Shown: positions 43,772 through 53,940, numbered from the stretch's first letter. The stretch: 64,000 nucleotides of DNA from an uncultured Mycoplasmatota bacterium (GCA_900547225.1 URFW01000006.1:4300-68299), one strand, 5' to 3'. The notes: generated from the letters alone by a model not told the origin. Translations and numbers: made by a program.

Positions 43772-44641
43772 TCAATTATTTTCAATATAATTAACTACTT
43801 CTTTTATCGTATTGTCAAAGTTATTTACATCACAATTAAACCACTTTACATCAAGTTGATGATTAAAGAAGGTATATTGTCTTTTAGCATAATTCCTTGA
43901 TCTTTGTTTTATTAGGTTTACTGCATCTGCCTTGCTTATTTTTTTATCAAAATACATATATAATTCTTTATACGCAATTGCAGTTTTAATTGCTTTACTA
44001 AATATTTTTCTGTCATAGAAGTATCTAGCCTCTTCTTCTAAGCCTTCTTCCAGCATTTCATCTACCCTTTTATTAATTGCATCATAAAGTTCATCTCTAG
44101 GTCTTGTAAGGCCTATTATTTTAGCATCATAAATCATCTTATTTGACGCCTTATTAGAGTTACCATCACCATGATTATTTAAGTAGCTTTCTAGTCTTTG
44201 CCTATTATTTATATGTATTTTTGTATCATTATCTAACTTTTTAACCATATCATATAATTCTTTATTAGTATAAGATGAATAATCATTTCTTATGCCATCA
44301 TTTTCTTTAAATTCATAGTTATATAGCAAAGCCTTTAGATAAAGACCAGTACCTCCTACTATAATTATGTTTTTGCCATTTTTAATTAAGTTATCCATTA
44401 TTCTTCTAGCATCTTTTTGATAATCATATACCGAATAATCTTCATTTACATCCTTTATATCAATCATGTGATGTGGTATACCTTCTTTTTCAAGAGAAGT
44501 TACTTTAGCAGTACCAATGTCCATTTTCTTATATATCTGCATGCTATCACAGGATATTATCTGTGCATTATAGCGTTTAGCAAGTGAAATAGACATCTTT
44601 GTTTTACCAACACCAGTTGGTCCCACTATCGCAATTATCAT
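43772..44641 (-). CDS. miaA: tRNA dimethylallyltransferase
   Basis: IAIVGPTGVGKT P-loop. 5-nt gap after the upstream gene's TGA. AAGGATG RBS. Confidence 0.88.
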   Translation of the reverse strand: MIIAIVGPTGVGKTKMSISLAKRYNAQIISCDSMQIYKKMDIGTAKVTSLEKEGIPHHMIDIKDVNEDYSVYDYQKDARRIMDNLIKNGKNIIIVGGTGLYLKALLYNYEFKENDGIRNDYSSYTNKELYDMVKKLDNDTKIHINNRQRLESYLNNHGDGNSNKASNKMIYDAKIIGLTRPRDELYDAINKRVDEMLEEGLEEEARYFYDRKIFSKAIKTAIAYKELYMYFDKKISKADAVNLIKQRSRNYAKRQYTFFNHQLDVKWFNCDVNNFDNTIKEVVNYIENN

Positions 44642-44646
44642 AAAAA

Positions 44647-45252
44647 TCACATCCTTATTTTGTTATCTTCCTCATTATAACATTGTTCTTGTTGCCTATT
44701 AAAATAATCATTTAAAATTTTATTAAATGCATCATTCAAAAGTTTAATATTCTTCTCTAAGATGTCACTATAACTTAATTTGTCATCTATTCTGTAAAAA
44801 TCACAATCTACAAGTTTAAAATCGCCATCATAATAAATTATATTGTCAGGTTTTATGTCATTTGCTATTACTCTATACGAAGATAATTTCTCTAGTTTTT
44901 TTCTAAGTGAAATATATATTTCATTCAAATCATATCTACTAATATTTATTTTTCCACTACGGTATTGCAGCAAAAGACTTCTTAGGGTAGGCCCATTATA
45001 ATAAGGCATAATGTAGCCTGAAAATTTTTTATCTACATATATAAGTTCAAGTGGAAGAGATACTCCGCCCACCTTTACCTTAGTTAATCTTTGTAATCTT
45101 TTCTCAACATCTATTTGGTTGAAAATCCTATTATTCGTATCCAGATATTTAATTGCATTTTCAAAAAATAAATAACAAGCCCCAAAATTACCTTTATGTC
45201 TTGAATTCGTAATAGGCTTTAACAAGCCTATTTCGTACGCACTTATTTCCAT
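44647..45252 (-). CDS. Miniature protein-kinase-like protein (201 aa)
   Basis: GNFGACY (Gly-loop-like), AIKYL (beta3 Lys-like), YIMPYYNG hinge-like, VIANDIKPDNIIY catalytic-loop-like, LVDCDF (DFG-like). Confidence 0.45.
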   Translation of the reverse strand: MEISAYEIGLLKPITNSRHKGNFGACYLFFENAIKYLDTNNRIFNQIDVEKRLQRLTKVKVGGVSLPLELIYVDKKFSGYIMPYYNGPTLRSLLLQYRSGKINISRYDLNEIYISLRKKLEKLSSYRVIANDIKPDNIIYYDGDFKLVDCDFYRIDDKLSYSDILEKNIKLLNDAFNKILNDYFNRQQEQCYNEEDNKIRM

Positions 45253-45304
45253 ATAGTATTCCCCCCATATTCACACGCCCAAAAACGCAAACTCTTTTTT
45301 TATT

Positions 45305-46054
45305 TTATTTAATTTTATTTAAAATTTCAAGTAAGCTCTTACAATCACCCGAACTTCTTGAAAGAAGATCAGCTATAACATCATCTTTAAAGCTAACGCT
45401 ACATATGCCAGGTGAACTTACTTCATAACATTTCTCGAAAAAATACATTTCTAGAAAATTTTCAAAACATGTATTTACAATCCTGTAATTATCACTTAAG
45501 ACGTTTTTGTTTAAAGGTTCTTTATGAAAAAAATCCACGTCAAAAATAGTTAATTTATCACCTGATATAGCACAATTATTCTCATGAAAATCGTACATAA
45601 CAAATCCTTTGGAAGCATAATATTTTGCATAATCATATGCTTTATTCCATATGCTATTTAATGTATTTAAACTAATATCTTGTGTATCTTTATTAGATGA
45701 TAAATAATTAAACATACCAAGTAGATAACCACTTGCAAAAGGCATTTCATAGGCGATTAATTCATCGTTATCAATGTAAATTTTTTTGGGAAAACCATTG
45801 TTTAAATTAGATAATTCAATTAAATTGTTGACAACATCAAAAAAGGAAAAAATAATATCACCAGTATCACTACTTTGTAAATAAGGATTTCCAAAATATT
45901 TTTTTATTGCAATATTACCGCTTTTATAACACATCGAAAAATTACCAGTACCAATTCTTTCACAGTTTGCCACTTTTTCTGATAATTTCATCGTACTTAC
46001 AAACTCAGTGTTACATTTTGATAAAGCTAATAACTGTTCCTTAGTTAATTTCAT
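45305..46054 (-). CDS. Miniature protein-kinase-like protein (249 aa)
   Basis: IGTGNFSMCYK Gly-loop-like, IAIKKY, YDFHENNCAI catalytic-loop-like, IFDVDFF DFG-like. Confidence 0.45.
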   Translation of the reverse strand: MKLTKEQLLALSKCNTEFVSTMKLSEKVANCERIGTGNFSMCYKSGNIAIKKYFGNPYLQSSDTGDIIFSFFDVVNNLIELSNLNNGFPKKIYIDNDELIAYEMPFASGYLLGMFNYLSSNKDTQDISLNTLNSIWNKAYDYAKYYASKGFVMYDFHENNCAISGDKLTIFDVDFFHKEPLNKNVLSDNYRIVNTCFENFLEMYFFEKCYEVSSPGICSVSFKDDVIADLLSRSSGDCKSLLEILNKIK

Positions 46055-46102
46055 AAAATCACCTTAAGTGGTATTATATATTAAGATAAAAGCTATGTCA
46101 AA

Positions 46103-47893
46103 TTACATAGCTCTTTTAAACATTTTCTCTAGTTCATAATTACTATAGAATATTGTAGTTGGTCTACCATGTGGGCAAGTATATGGATTATCACATTTTC
46201 TTAAGTCGTTAATTAGTGCCTCCATCTCTTCCATCGAGATATTCATATTAGCTTTAATTGCCATTTTACAGCTAAGCATAATAGCAGCCTTTTCCCTGAA
46301 TTTTTCAATTGAAAAATGTTTTTCCTCACTAATTAATACCTCTATCACTTTTTTAATACTTTCTACCTCATATCCCTCTTTTATCCATGTTGGATGTTCT
46401 TTTATAGTAAATGAATTTATTCCTGATTCTTCTATATCAAAATGCATATCTTTTAAGACATCTATGTTTTGCTTTATTATGATAAACTCATTAGATGGAA
46501 ATTCAAGTGTTAATGGAACTAACATTTTAATACTTCCCTTTAATGGATTACCAAACGCTTTTAAGTATCCCTCGTAGTTAATTCTTTCCTTTGCGGCATG
46601 TTGGTCTATCATATAAAGACCTAGTTCGTTATGACAAATTATGTAAGTTCCTTTAGCAAGTCCTACTGGATACATCTCTGGCATAATAACTTTCTTTTTT
46701 TCTTTGCTATAATTTTCTATGTCATCTTTTACGTTTTCATTATAATCAGTAATATCTTCATTAACTTTCATTACTGGTTCATCAAAAATAGAATAATCAA
46801 TCGTATTTTCTTCTATTACCTTTTCTCTTTCTAGGTTAAGTTGTTGAAGTACTACTTTAGGTTTTTCTTCTTTTTCTACTTCGTTTTTCTTTTCTATTTT
46901 AGGAATTAATAAGGCCTTATCTAAAACGTCTTTAATTCCCTTTCTAACTAATTCCTTTAGGTCTTCAAAGTTACTAAATTTAATGTCTAATTTAGATGGA
47001 TGAACGTTAACATCAACTAAAGATGGATCAGTATTAATATTTAAAACAACAATTGGATACCTTGTCTCTGGTTTATATGTATGATACCCATCATTTATTG
47101 CACGGTTTAATTCAGTATTTCTAACAACCCTGTTATTTACAAGTGTTACCATATGATTTCTAGAAGATCTTGTAACTTCTGGTAGAGAAATAAATCCATC
47201 AACGTCATAGTCATCATTAAAAACGGAGATTTTTCTCATTTTTCTAGCTACTTCACTACCATATATTTCTTTTATTACCTTAAGTAAATTTCCAGATCCA
47301 TCAGTATTTAAAAGTACTTTATCATCACTTATTAAAGTAAATTTCTTATCTGGATATGATAGTGCCATTTTATTAACATACTCACAAATGTTAGCAAGCT
47401 CACTATACATACTATTTAAATATTTTAATCTTGCAGGCGTATTATAAAATAAATTTCTAACCTCTATTTCTGTACCACGCCTTGCATCACTTGCTTCGTC
47501 ACTAACTAATTTACCACCTTTTATTTCTATTTTAGTGCCGACATCACCAGTTGATGTTTTAAGTGTAATTTCAGAAACTGATGCGATAGATGGAAGTGCC
47601 TCACCCCTAAACCCTAAAGAGGAGATTCTAAAAAGGCCTATCTCATCTAAAAGCTTACTAGTTGCGTGTCTTTGAAATGCAAGTATGGCATCATCATGAT
47701 CCATCCCACATCCATTATCAATTACCCTAATTAGTTTTGTTCCAGCCTCTTTTACCTCAATTTTTATTTCATCAGAACCTGCATCTACACTGTTTTCGGT
47801 TAACTCTTTAACTACCGATGCACATTTTTCAACGACTTCTCCTGCTGCTATTTTGTTAGCTAAAATATCATCCATTACTTTTATTTTGCTCAA
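46103..47893 (-). CDS. mutL: DNA mismatch repair protein MutL
   Basis: GHKL ATPase N-terminus (IAAGEVVE, DNGCGM), C-terminal dimerisation domain. Confidence 0.92.
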   Translation of the reverse strand: MSKIKVMDDILANKIAAGEVVEKCASVVKELTENSVDAGSDEIKIEVKEAGTKLIRVIDNGCGMDHDDAILAFQRHATSKLLDEIGLFRISSLGFRGEALPSIASVSEITLKTSTGDVGTKIEIKGGKLVSDEASDARRGTEIEVRNLFYNTPARLKYLNSMYSELANICEYVNKMALSYPDKKFTLISDDKVLLNTDGSGNLLKVIKEIYGSEVARKMRKISVFNDDYDVDGFISLPEVTRSSRNHMVTLVNNRVVRNTELNRAINDGYHTYKPETRYPIVVLNINTDPSLVDVNVHPSKLDIKFSNFEDLKELVRKGIKDVLDKALLIPKIEKKNEVEKEEKPKVVLQQLNLEREKVIEENTIDYSIFDEPVMKVNEDITDYNENVKDDIENYSKEKKKVIMPEMYPVGLAKGTYIICHNELGLYMIDQHAAKERINYEGYLKAFGNPLKGSIKMLVPLTLEFPSNEFIIIKQNIDVLKDMHFDIEESGINSFTIKEHPTWIKEGYEVESIKKVIEVLISEEKHFSIEKFREKAAIMLSCKMAIKANMNISMEEMEALINDLRKCDNPYTCPHGRPTTIFYSNYELEKMFKRAM

Positions 47894-47991
47894 TTTTACT
47901 TCACCTTCTATAATTAAATTATATCATATTTCTAGTTAATAACCAAAATAGTTTTATATCATATAATATGTTATAAGGAAGGAGATTTATA

Positions 47992-48240
47992 ATGAATCAA
48001 GGATTTAGTTCAAAACAAAACGTCCAAAATAGCGCCGGTTATGGTTATTACGTACCATATGGTTACACAAATAATAAAAGCGATGAAAGATTAGCAGGCG
48101 GATTTGTATTTCCATTTTTACTAGGTGGTGTAACAGGTGCTGCTGTTGCTCCCGCTTTCTGGAATAATGGTTATAATAACAGACCAGTTTACTATGCACC
48201 TTACCCATATGCCCCATACCCACCAAGAAGATGGTTTTAA
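47992..48240 (+). CDS. Small Tyr/Gly/Pro-rich protein (possible spore-coat-type protein)
   Basis: AAGGAGA RBS. GYGYYVPYGY...YYAPYPYAPYPP low-complexity composition. Confidence 0.5.
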   Translation: MNQGFSSKQNVQNSAGYGYYVPYGYTNNKSDERLAGGFVFPFLLGGVTGAAVAPAFWNNGYNNRPVYYAPYPYAPYPPRRWF

Positions 48241-48262
48241 AAAGATACTCTGCGTATCTTTT

Positions 48263-49498
48263 TTACATTATATAACTTATATCTACGTTTCCTTCTATTC
48301 CTGGAATACTTCCCTTTGAAGTGTATTGCCACATAGAATATGCTCCATCATACTTACAAGTACTATTATATTCTGCTACCCAGTCAACATGATTTTTAGC
48401 AACTTGTCCCAATTTATTCATTGCATACCATCTACCAGAATAAACCTTTACTTTGTATTTTCCTCCATTATAATTATTTACGGTATTTATGTATTCTTCA
48501 ACTATTTTATTATACATATCCTTTGATATTTCATTAGAACTACTATTTTTAGCATTCCAACTTTCTATGTCATAATATATTCCAAGTGTAGGTGTAATAT
48601 TATAGGTACTAATCATATTGTTAGTAAAGTTAGCTTCTTTTTTAGCACCTGTTAAAGTAGTTGAATAACTAAATAGATATATCCCATAAGGAATGTTTAG
48701 CCTTTTAAGCTCATTTAAATTTGAAATGAACTTTTTATCTAATGTTTCATAATATCCAAGTCTTAAGATAACACCATAGCAATCACTTTCATTTTTAAAC
48801 TTTTCCCAGTCAATATCTTTCTGGTAATAGCTTACATCTACAACCTTTATTTTAGATGTTCCTAAATGTTTGCCTGACGGTGAAAAATAATTATCTATTC
48901 CGTCTATGTTTTTTATACCAGTAACTTTATTATCGTTTTCATAGTAGTAAGTAACACCACCTTCTTCTTTAAAACCATTTTTTAAATTAATAGTTGATGG
49001 ATTGGAAATTTCTTCACCACTTATATTATCACTTTCTAAAACATCACCATCAAAGTTAGCAAGTGAAATATCACTTTCATTTACATTAATATCACTAGTT
49101 ATTTTATTTTCTTCATTTTCATTATCTTCTTCTTTATTAATTTCTTCATCATTTTCTGAGCTTTCTAATGCATCATTAAAATTTTCTTCATAAACAATTT
49201 GTTTAGGGCTTTCTTCTTTCTTTTCATATATAATTTCAAAATCATCTTCATTGATATCATTATTAACCTTCTCTTTTGAATTAGTATTTTTGATAGTATA
49301 ATCCTGATCTATCTTTGCAACTGCGCTAGTATAATAAGTTCTTTCTTTTTTATTTTCTATTACATCACTTACTATTACATCATCTTTTAATATTTCCCCC
49401 TCGTTATTTTTTACCGGAATTACGTTCAAAATTCCAACTCCTACTAAAATACTTCCTGCAATTAAAATATGTTTTTTCATATGATCCCTCCTTTTCAC
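48263..49498 (-). CDS. GH25-family lysozyme (muramidase) with signal peptide and acidic linker
   Basis: VVDVSYYQKDIDW...GVILRLGY GH25 start. Acidic Asn/Glu-rich low-complexity N-terminal region. Confidence 0.7.
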   Translation of the reverse strand: MKRRDHMKKHILIAGSILVGVGILNVIPVKNNEGEILKDDVIVSDVIENKKERTYYTSAVAKIDQDYTIKNTNSKEKVNNDINEDDFEIIYEKKEESPKQIVYEENFNDALESSENDEEINKEEDNENEENKITSDINVNESDISLANFDGDVLESDNISGEEISNPSTINLKNGFKEEGGVTYYYENDNKVTGIKNIDGIDNYFSPSGKHLGTSKIKVVDVSYYQKDIDWEKFKNESDCYGVILRLGYYETLDKKFISNLNELKRLNIPYGIYLFSYSTTLTGAKKEANFTNNMISTYNITPTLGIYYDIESWNAKNSSSNEISKDMYNKIVEEYINTVNNYNGGKYKVKVYSGRWYAMNKLGQVAKNHVDWVAEYNSTCKYDGAYSMWQYTSKGSIPGIEGNVDISYIM

Positions 49499-49566
49499 AT
49501 ATTTAATTAATGAATATTAATACAAAACTACTTTACATAAAAAAGTTTATTTTGTATAATTTAATT

Positions 49567-49670
49567 AGTGAAAGAACCTAACAATAAAGGTTAGTTTGCT
49601 TTCCATTTGTTAGTATGGAAACAGCATATCCCCCTTAACTATTTGGGCATATGCTGTTTCTTTTATATTT
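49567..49670 (+). ncRNA. Candidate small RNA (antitoxin-like), promoter-to-terminator unit
   Basis: Extended -10 TGTATAAT at 49553-49560. Hairpins tttccat/atggaaa and cagcatatccc/gggcatatgctg. U-tract 49657-49670. No ORF on this strand. Confidence 0.4.
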
Positions 49671-49743
49671 TAAATATTAGTATTACTAATAAAAAAATTA
49701 AAAGAAGAATAATTATTTTAAGAAATTTATTTTCTTTCTTCAT
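49663..49743 (-). CDS. 26-aa hydrophobic peptide (type I toxin-like)
   Basis: MKKENKFLKIIILLLIFLLVILIFKI. GGGGTGA RBS 5 nt before the ATG. An upstream inverted repeat ccacttt/aaagtgg could sequester the RBS. Confidence 0.4.
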   Translation of the reverse strand: MKKENKFLKIIILLLIFLLVILIFKI

Positions 49744-49885
49744 AATTATCACCCCACTTTCTATTTAAAAAATAAAAAGTGGAAAGCATAACTACCCAAA
49801 CTATTAGGTCCTCTCATATCTATAGTTAGACACTTTTTTAAAATACCCCCTAAAAATATCTAAAAAATTATAAAAAAATTTCAAA

Positions 49886-49915
49886 TATAACAAAAAAGGA
49901 TTAAAAGTTATTGTT
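49886..49915 (-). terminator. uvrC terminator
   Basis: aaggattaaaa-...-ttttaatcctt stem followed by a T run on the minus strand. Confidence 0.5.
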
Positions 49916-51682
49916 TTAATCCTTTTTATATTCCTTTAAAAAATTATATAAATCTTCTGCCACTTTATCTGGCAAATCTTCTTTCAAGGCCTCTTTGCTT
50001 AATTCCTTGAGTCTAGTAATAGTTCTATATTTTTTTAATAATTCTTTTTTTCTTTTAACACCAATTCCTGGTACATTATCCAAAATACTAGATAATTGCC
50101 CTTTACTTCTTATATCTTTATGATAACTTATGGTAAACCGGTGAACCTCATCTTGCATGCGTGTTAAAAGATGAAACAAATCCGATTTTTTATCAATATC
50201 ATATTCTTTATATTCACTTATTAAAGAGGTCGTTGTATGTTTATCATTTTTCTTAAGTCCAATAACAGGAATATCTAAATACAAACTATCTAAGATTTCT
50301 TTTGCAGCGTGTATTTGGGATATACCACCATCTACTATTATTAAATCAGGTCTTTCTAATTTATCATGGAGTACTCTATAATACCTTCTATATATTACTT
50401 CCTGCATAGTATGATAATCGTCTTTAGAGCCAAAGTTTATCTTATACTTGCGGTATTCTTTTTTATCCGGTTTTCCGTTTGTAAACACTACCATACCTGA
50501 AACTGTAAACGTTCCAAATAGATGTGCATTATCAAATATTTCAATTCTTTTTAAATTAGGAATATTAAGCATTTTACCTAACTCTTCATTTGCTCCAAAC
50601 GTTCGTTTATCATCCCTTACTATCAGTTCGAATTCTTCATCTAGTGCCATTTTTGCGTTATCATAAGCCATATCTACAAGCCATTTTTTAGTTCCGCGAA
50701 CTGGCGTTAAAAACTTAGTGTTAATTGCATCGCTTAATAGTTTAACATCAAAAGAAGAACTTGTTAAAACCTCTTTTGGAACCTCGTTTTTATCATAAAA
50801 ACTAGTTATAAAGTAAGATAAGGTATCTTTTTCATCATCTATTAAAGGAAATATATCCTTATCCCTCATATTTATTCTACCGTCTCTTAAGTGAAGCACC
50901 TGAAACGATATATAATCATTTTTAACATAATAATTTATAACATCTCTATCGACGTTATCATTTAAACTAATTTTTTGTTTTTCAAGTACCTTATCAATGT
51001 ATTCAAGCATTTCCTTATACTCAAGTGCCATTTCAAAATTAAGTTTACTTGAAGCCTCACTCATTAGATTCTTAATTTTTTTTCTAACCTCATCATAATT
51101 ACCCTTTAAAAAGCTTGAAACTTCATCAGTCATTTTTTTTATTATACTTTTATTTATCTTTTTTTCACAATAACCAAGACACTGACCGATATGATAGTAT
51201 AAACATACCTTTTTATCCATGGTATGACACTTTCTAAAAGGATATATTCTGTTTAATAATTCTACCGTTTTTCTGGCAGCATTAGCATTAGGATATGGTC
51301 CAAATAACTTTCCCTTATGTCCTTTAATTTTTCTAGGTCTTGATATTATAAGTCTTGGATACGTTTCATTTGTTATTTCTATATATGGATAAGATTTATT
51401 ATCTTTAAGCATTATGTTGTATTTTGGAGAATACTTTTTAATTAAGTTAATCTCTAATAAAAGAGACTCTACTTCTGTTTTAGTTACAATGTACTCAAAA
51501 TCGCGGATGTTTTCTACCAAAGCCTTGGTTTTACCAGTATGTTCTCTATTAAAGTATGATGATACTCTTCTCTTTAAATTCTTTGCTTTACCAACATATA
51601 TTATCTTACCATCTACGTTTTTCATTAAATAACAACCTGGTTCTGTTGTAAGTAAGCTTAATTTCTCTTTAATTTTATCCAT
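49916..51682 (-). CDS. uvrC: Excinuclease ABC subunit C
   Basis: GIY-YIG N-terminus (GCYLMKN...IIYVGKAKNLKRR), UvrBC-interaction and HhH C-terminus. Confidence 0.9.
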   Translation of the reverse strand: MDKIKEKLSLLTTEPGCYLMKNVDGKIIYVGKAKNLKRRVSSYFNREHTGKTKALVENIRDFEYIVTKTEVESLLLEINLIKKYSPKYNIMLKDNKSYPYIEITNETYPRLIISRPRKIKGHKGKLFGPYPNANAARKTVELLNRIYPFRKCHTMDKKVCLYYHIGQCLGYCEKKINKSIIKKMTDEVSSFLKGNYDEVRKKIKNLMSEASSKLNFEMALEYKEMLEYIDKVLEKQKISLNDNVDRDVINYYVKNDYISFQVLHLRDGRINMRDKDIFPLIDDEKDTLSYFITSFYDKNEVPKEVLTSSSFDVKLLSDAINTKFLTPVRGTKKWLVDMAYDNAKMALDEEFELIVRDDKRTFGANEELGKMLNIPNLKRIEIFDNAHLFGTFTVSGMVVFTNGKPDKKEYRKYKINFGSKDDYHTMQEVIYRRYYRVLHDKLERPDLIIVDGGISQIHAAKEILDSLYLDIPVIGLKKNDKHTTTSLISEYKEYDIDKKSDLFHLLTRMQDEVHRFTISYHKDIRSKGQLSSILDNVPGIGVKRKKELLKKYRTITRLKELSKEALKEDLPDKVAEDLYNFLKEYKKD

Positions 51683-51714
51683 AATAAACCACCTAGTGGT
51701 ATTATATCACAAAA

Positions 51715-51745
51715 AAAGCATATTATTTATGCCTATAATATGCTT
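51715..51745 (-). terminator. Terminator between the murE-type gene and uvrC
   Basis: 11-bp stem aagcatattat / ataatatgctt followed by TTTTTTT on the minus strand. Confidence 0.5.
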
Positions 51746-51873
51746 TATCTTTAGTTTTACTTTCTGAATCAACATAATTAATATATTTTCCTCTTTTTAA
51801 ATTGGCATTATGGCACCAATAACATAAGAAAAAGTCAAATTTCAACTTAATAATAAAGAAAAAATGACCACTT

Positions 51874-53271
51874 CTAGTCATCTATCTTTTCAATTCTAAT
51901 AGCTTTTTTGCTCTCTAAGTATTCTAACACCGTTTTTTTATCATTAAAAGGGATTCTCTTATTATTCTTAACTATAATAGCTTCCTCATGACCTTTACCT
52001 AATATCAATAATACATCGTTTATATCAAGCATTTTAATTCCTTTAATAATGGCTTTTTTTCTATCTAATTCAATTTCATAATTAGTATTAATAAGACCTT
52101 TTATCATATCATCAACTATTTGTTTTGGATCTTCATTATGTAAGTCATCAGAAGTTATAATAGCTTTATCACTTAAATCAGTTACTATCTTAGTCATTAT
52201 AGGTCTTTTTGTTCTATCTCTATCACCAGTGCATCCAAAAACGGTATATATATGTCCATCACATACCTCCTTTACGGTACTTATTACGTTTTGAACAGCA
52301 TCCGGTGTATGAGCGTAATCTATTACTATACGATTATTTTGATATTCTACCATATCCATTCTGCCTGGTGGCATATCTATGTTTAATAAAACATCATATA
52401 TATCAGAAAAATTAACGCCAAGTTCATGGAGTGATATAATTGTTGTAAGTACATTATATATGTTATATTTACCAATTAATGGAACTTTAATATTTTGTTT
52501 AACACCATCATTTATAAAGGTGAAATTGCTTCCCATAATACTCATTTGATAATCAGAGATTCTGTAGTCTCCCCCTTTAAAACCATACGTTATATTAGTA
52601 TTATAATCAAGCATAAATAAATCTTTATTAGGATCATCATAATTAACTATCGCCTTACCACCTGGTTTTATTTGATTAAATAGTTTTTGTTTACATCTAG
52701 CATAATTTTCCATCGTGCCGTGTATGTTTAAATGGTCCTGTGTTAAGTTAGTAAAAATAGCATATTCAAAAGGAACGTTTTCTAGCCTTCTGTGAAGCAG
52801 TCCTTCACTAGAGGCCTCAACAACAGCATATCTATAACCTAAATCATATGCTTCTATTAACATTTCATAGATTTCAGAAACTTCTGGAGTTGTATTTGAA
52901 AGATCAGATATTTTTTTGTCTCTAAAATAACCAATTGTACCTATGTAACAACATTTCATATCTAATTTATTTAAAGCATCATGCACTAAATAAGCCGTTG
53001 TTGTTTTGCCATTAGTTCCAGTAATACCAATTATGTGCATTTCATTTAGATATTTATTATAATTGTCTTTTAAATAATCATTTAAGTATTCTCTTGAGTC
53101 TTTAACTATTTCATAAGGAACACTATATTCCCCTTCTTCTGCGATTATTTTTGACGCTCCGTTTTTTATAGCTTGAGGTATAAAATCATGTCCATCACCT
53201 ACAATACCACGAAGCGCAACAAATATATCTCCTTTTTTTACTTTTCTTGAATCCGTCTTAATATTTACCAT
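51874..53271 (-). CDS. murE: Mur ligase family protein (MurE-type UDP-MurNAc-tripeptide synthetase)
   Basis: GITGTNGKTTT P-loop, Mur ligase middle and C-terminal domains (DYAHTPDA). Confidence 0.8.
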   Translation of the reverse strand: MVNIKTDSRKVKKGDIFVALRGIVGDGHDFIPQAIKNGASKIIAEEGEYSVPYEIVKDSREYLNDYLKDNYNKYLNEMHIIGITGTNGKTTTAYLVHDALNKLDMKCCYIGTIGYFRDKKISDLSNTTPEVSEIYEMLIEAYDLGYRYAVVEASSEGLLHRRLENVPFEYAIFTNLTQDHLNIHGTMENYARCKQKLFNQIKPGGKAIVNYDDPNKDLFMLDYNTNITYGFKGGDYRISDYQMSIMGSNFTFINDGVKQNIKVPLIGKYNIYNVLTTIISLHELGVNFSDIYDVLLNIDMPPGRMDMVEYQNNRIVIDYAHTPDAVQNVISTVKEVCDGHIYTVFGCTGDRDRTKRPIMTKIVTDLSDKAIITSDDLHNEDPKQIVDDMIKGLINTNYEIELDRKKAIIKGIKMLDINDVLLILGKGHEEAIIVKNNKRIPFNDKKTVLEYLESKKAIRIEKIDD

Positions 53272-53364
53272 CTATATCACCATTTTTTCAAAGTTTATAT
53301 GTCCATTATATAATATATTTGATAAAAATGAAATAATCATTTATAATGTTTTTGGTGATTTAAT

Positions 53365-53910
53365 GTGTTTACGATTAAAAATGACTTAAATGGAGAGCTG
53401 ATAGTTAATAAATCAAGGTTTATAACCTATGTATATAAGGTTAATAACGTTTTAGAAGTAAATGAAAAAATTGATGCTCTAAAAGCTAAGTACAAGGATG
53501 CAACCCACTATTGTTACTCTTATATAATAGATAATATAAAAAGGTTTAATGATGATAAAGAGCCAAGTCATACTGCTGGCATGCCAATACTAAATGTTTT
53601 AGAAAGTAAAAATTTAAACTACGTTTTAGCAGTCGTTATAAGATACTTTGGTGGTATAAAACTAGGAGCTGGTGGGCTTGTTAGAGCATATACAAATGCC
53701 GTTAGTAATACAATTTCAAATGAATTTATTATTCCTATTAAAAAGATGCTTAAAAAGCGCATTACGTTTGATTATTCGTATATTAATAAAGTTAATTATA
53801 TTTTAAAAGAAAATAAAATCACATATAAAGAATTTGATAAAGATGTAATTTATGAATTTACCTATGAAGAAGGAAATTATCCGAAAGAGTTAGATAATTA
53901 TATAAAATAA
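53365..53910 (+). CDS. yigZ: IMPACT/YigZ family protein
   Basis: KSRFI...HYCYSY...GGIKLGAGGLVRAY. GTG start with a GGTGA RBS. Confidence 0.75.
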   Translation: MFTIKNDLNGELIVNKSRFITYVYKVNNVLEVNEKIDALKAKYKDATHYCYSYIIDNIKRFNDDKEPSHTAGMPILNVLESKNLNYVLAVVIRYFGGIKLGAGGLVRAYTNAVSNTISNEFIIPIKKMLKKRITFDYSYINKVNYILKENKITYKEFDKDVIYEFTYEEGNYPKELDNYIK

Positions 53911-53940
53911 AAAGCTTAAGTTTTTTTAAACCTAAGCTTT

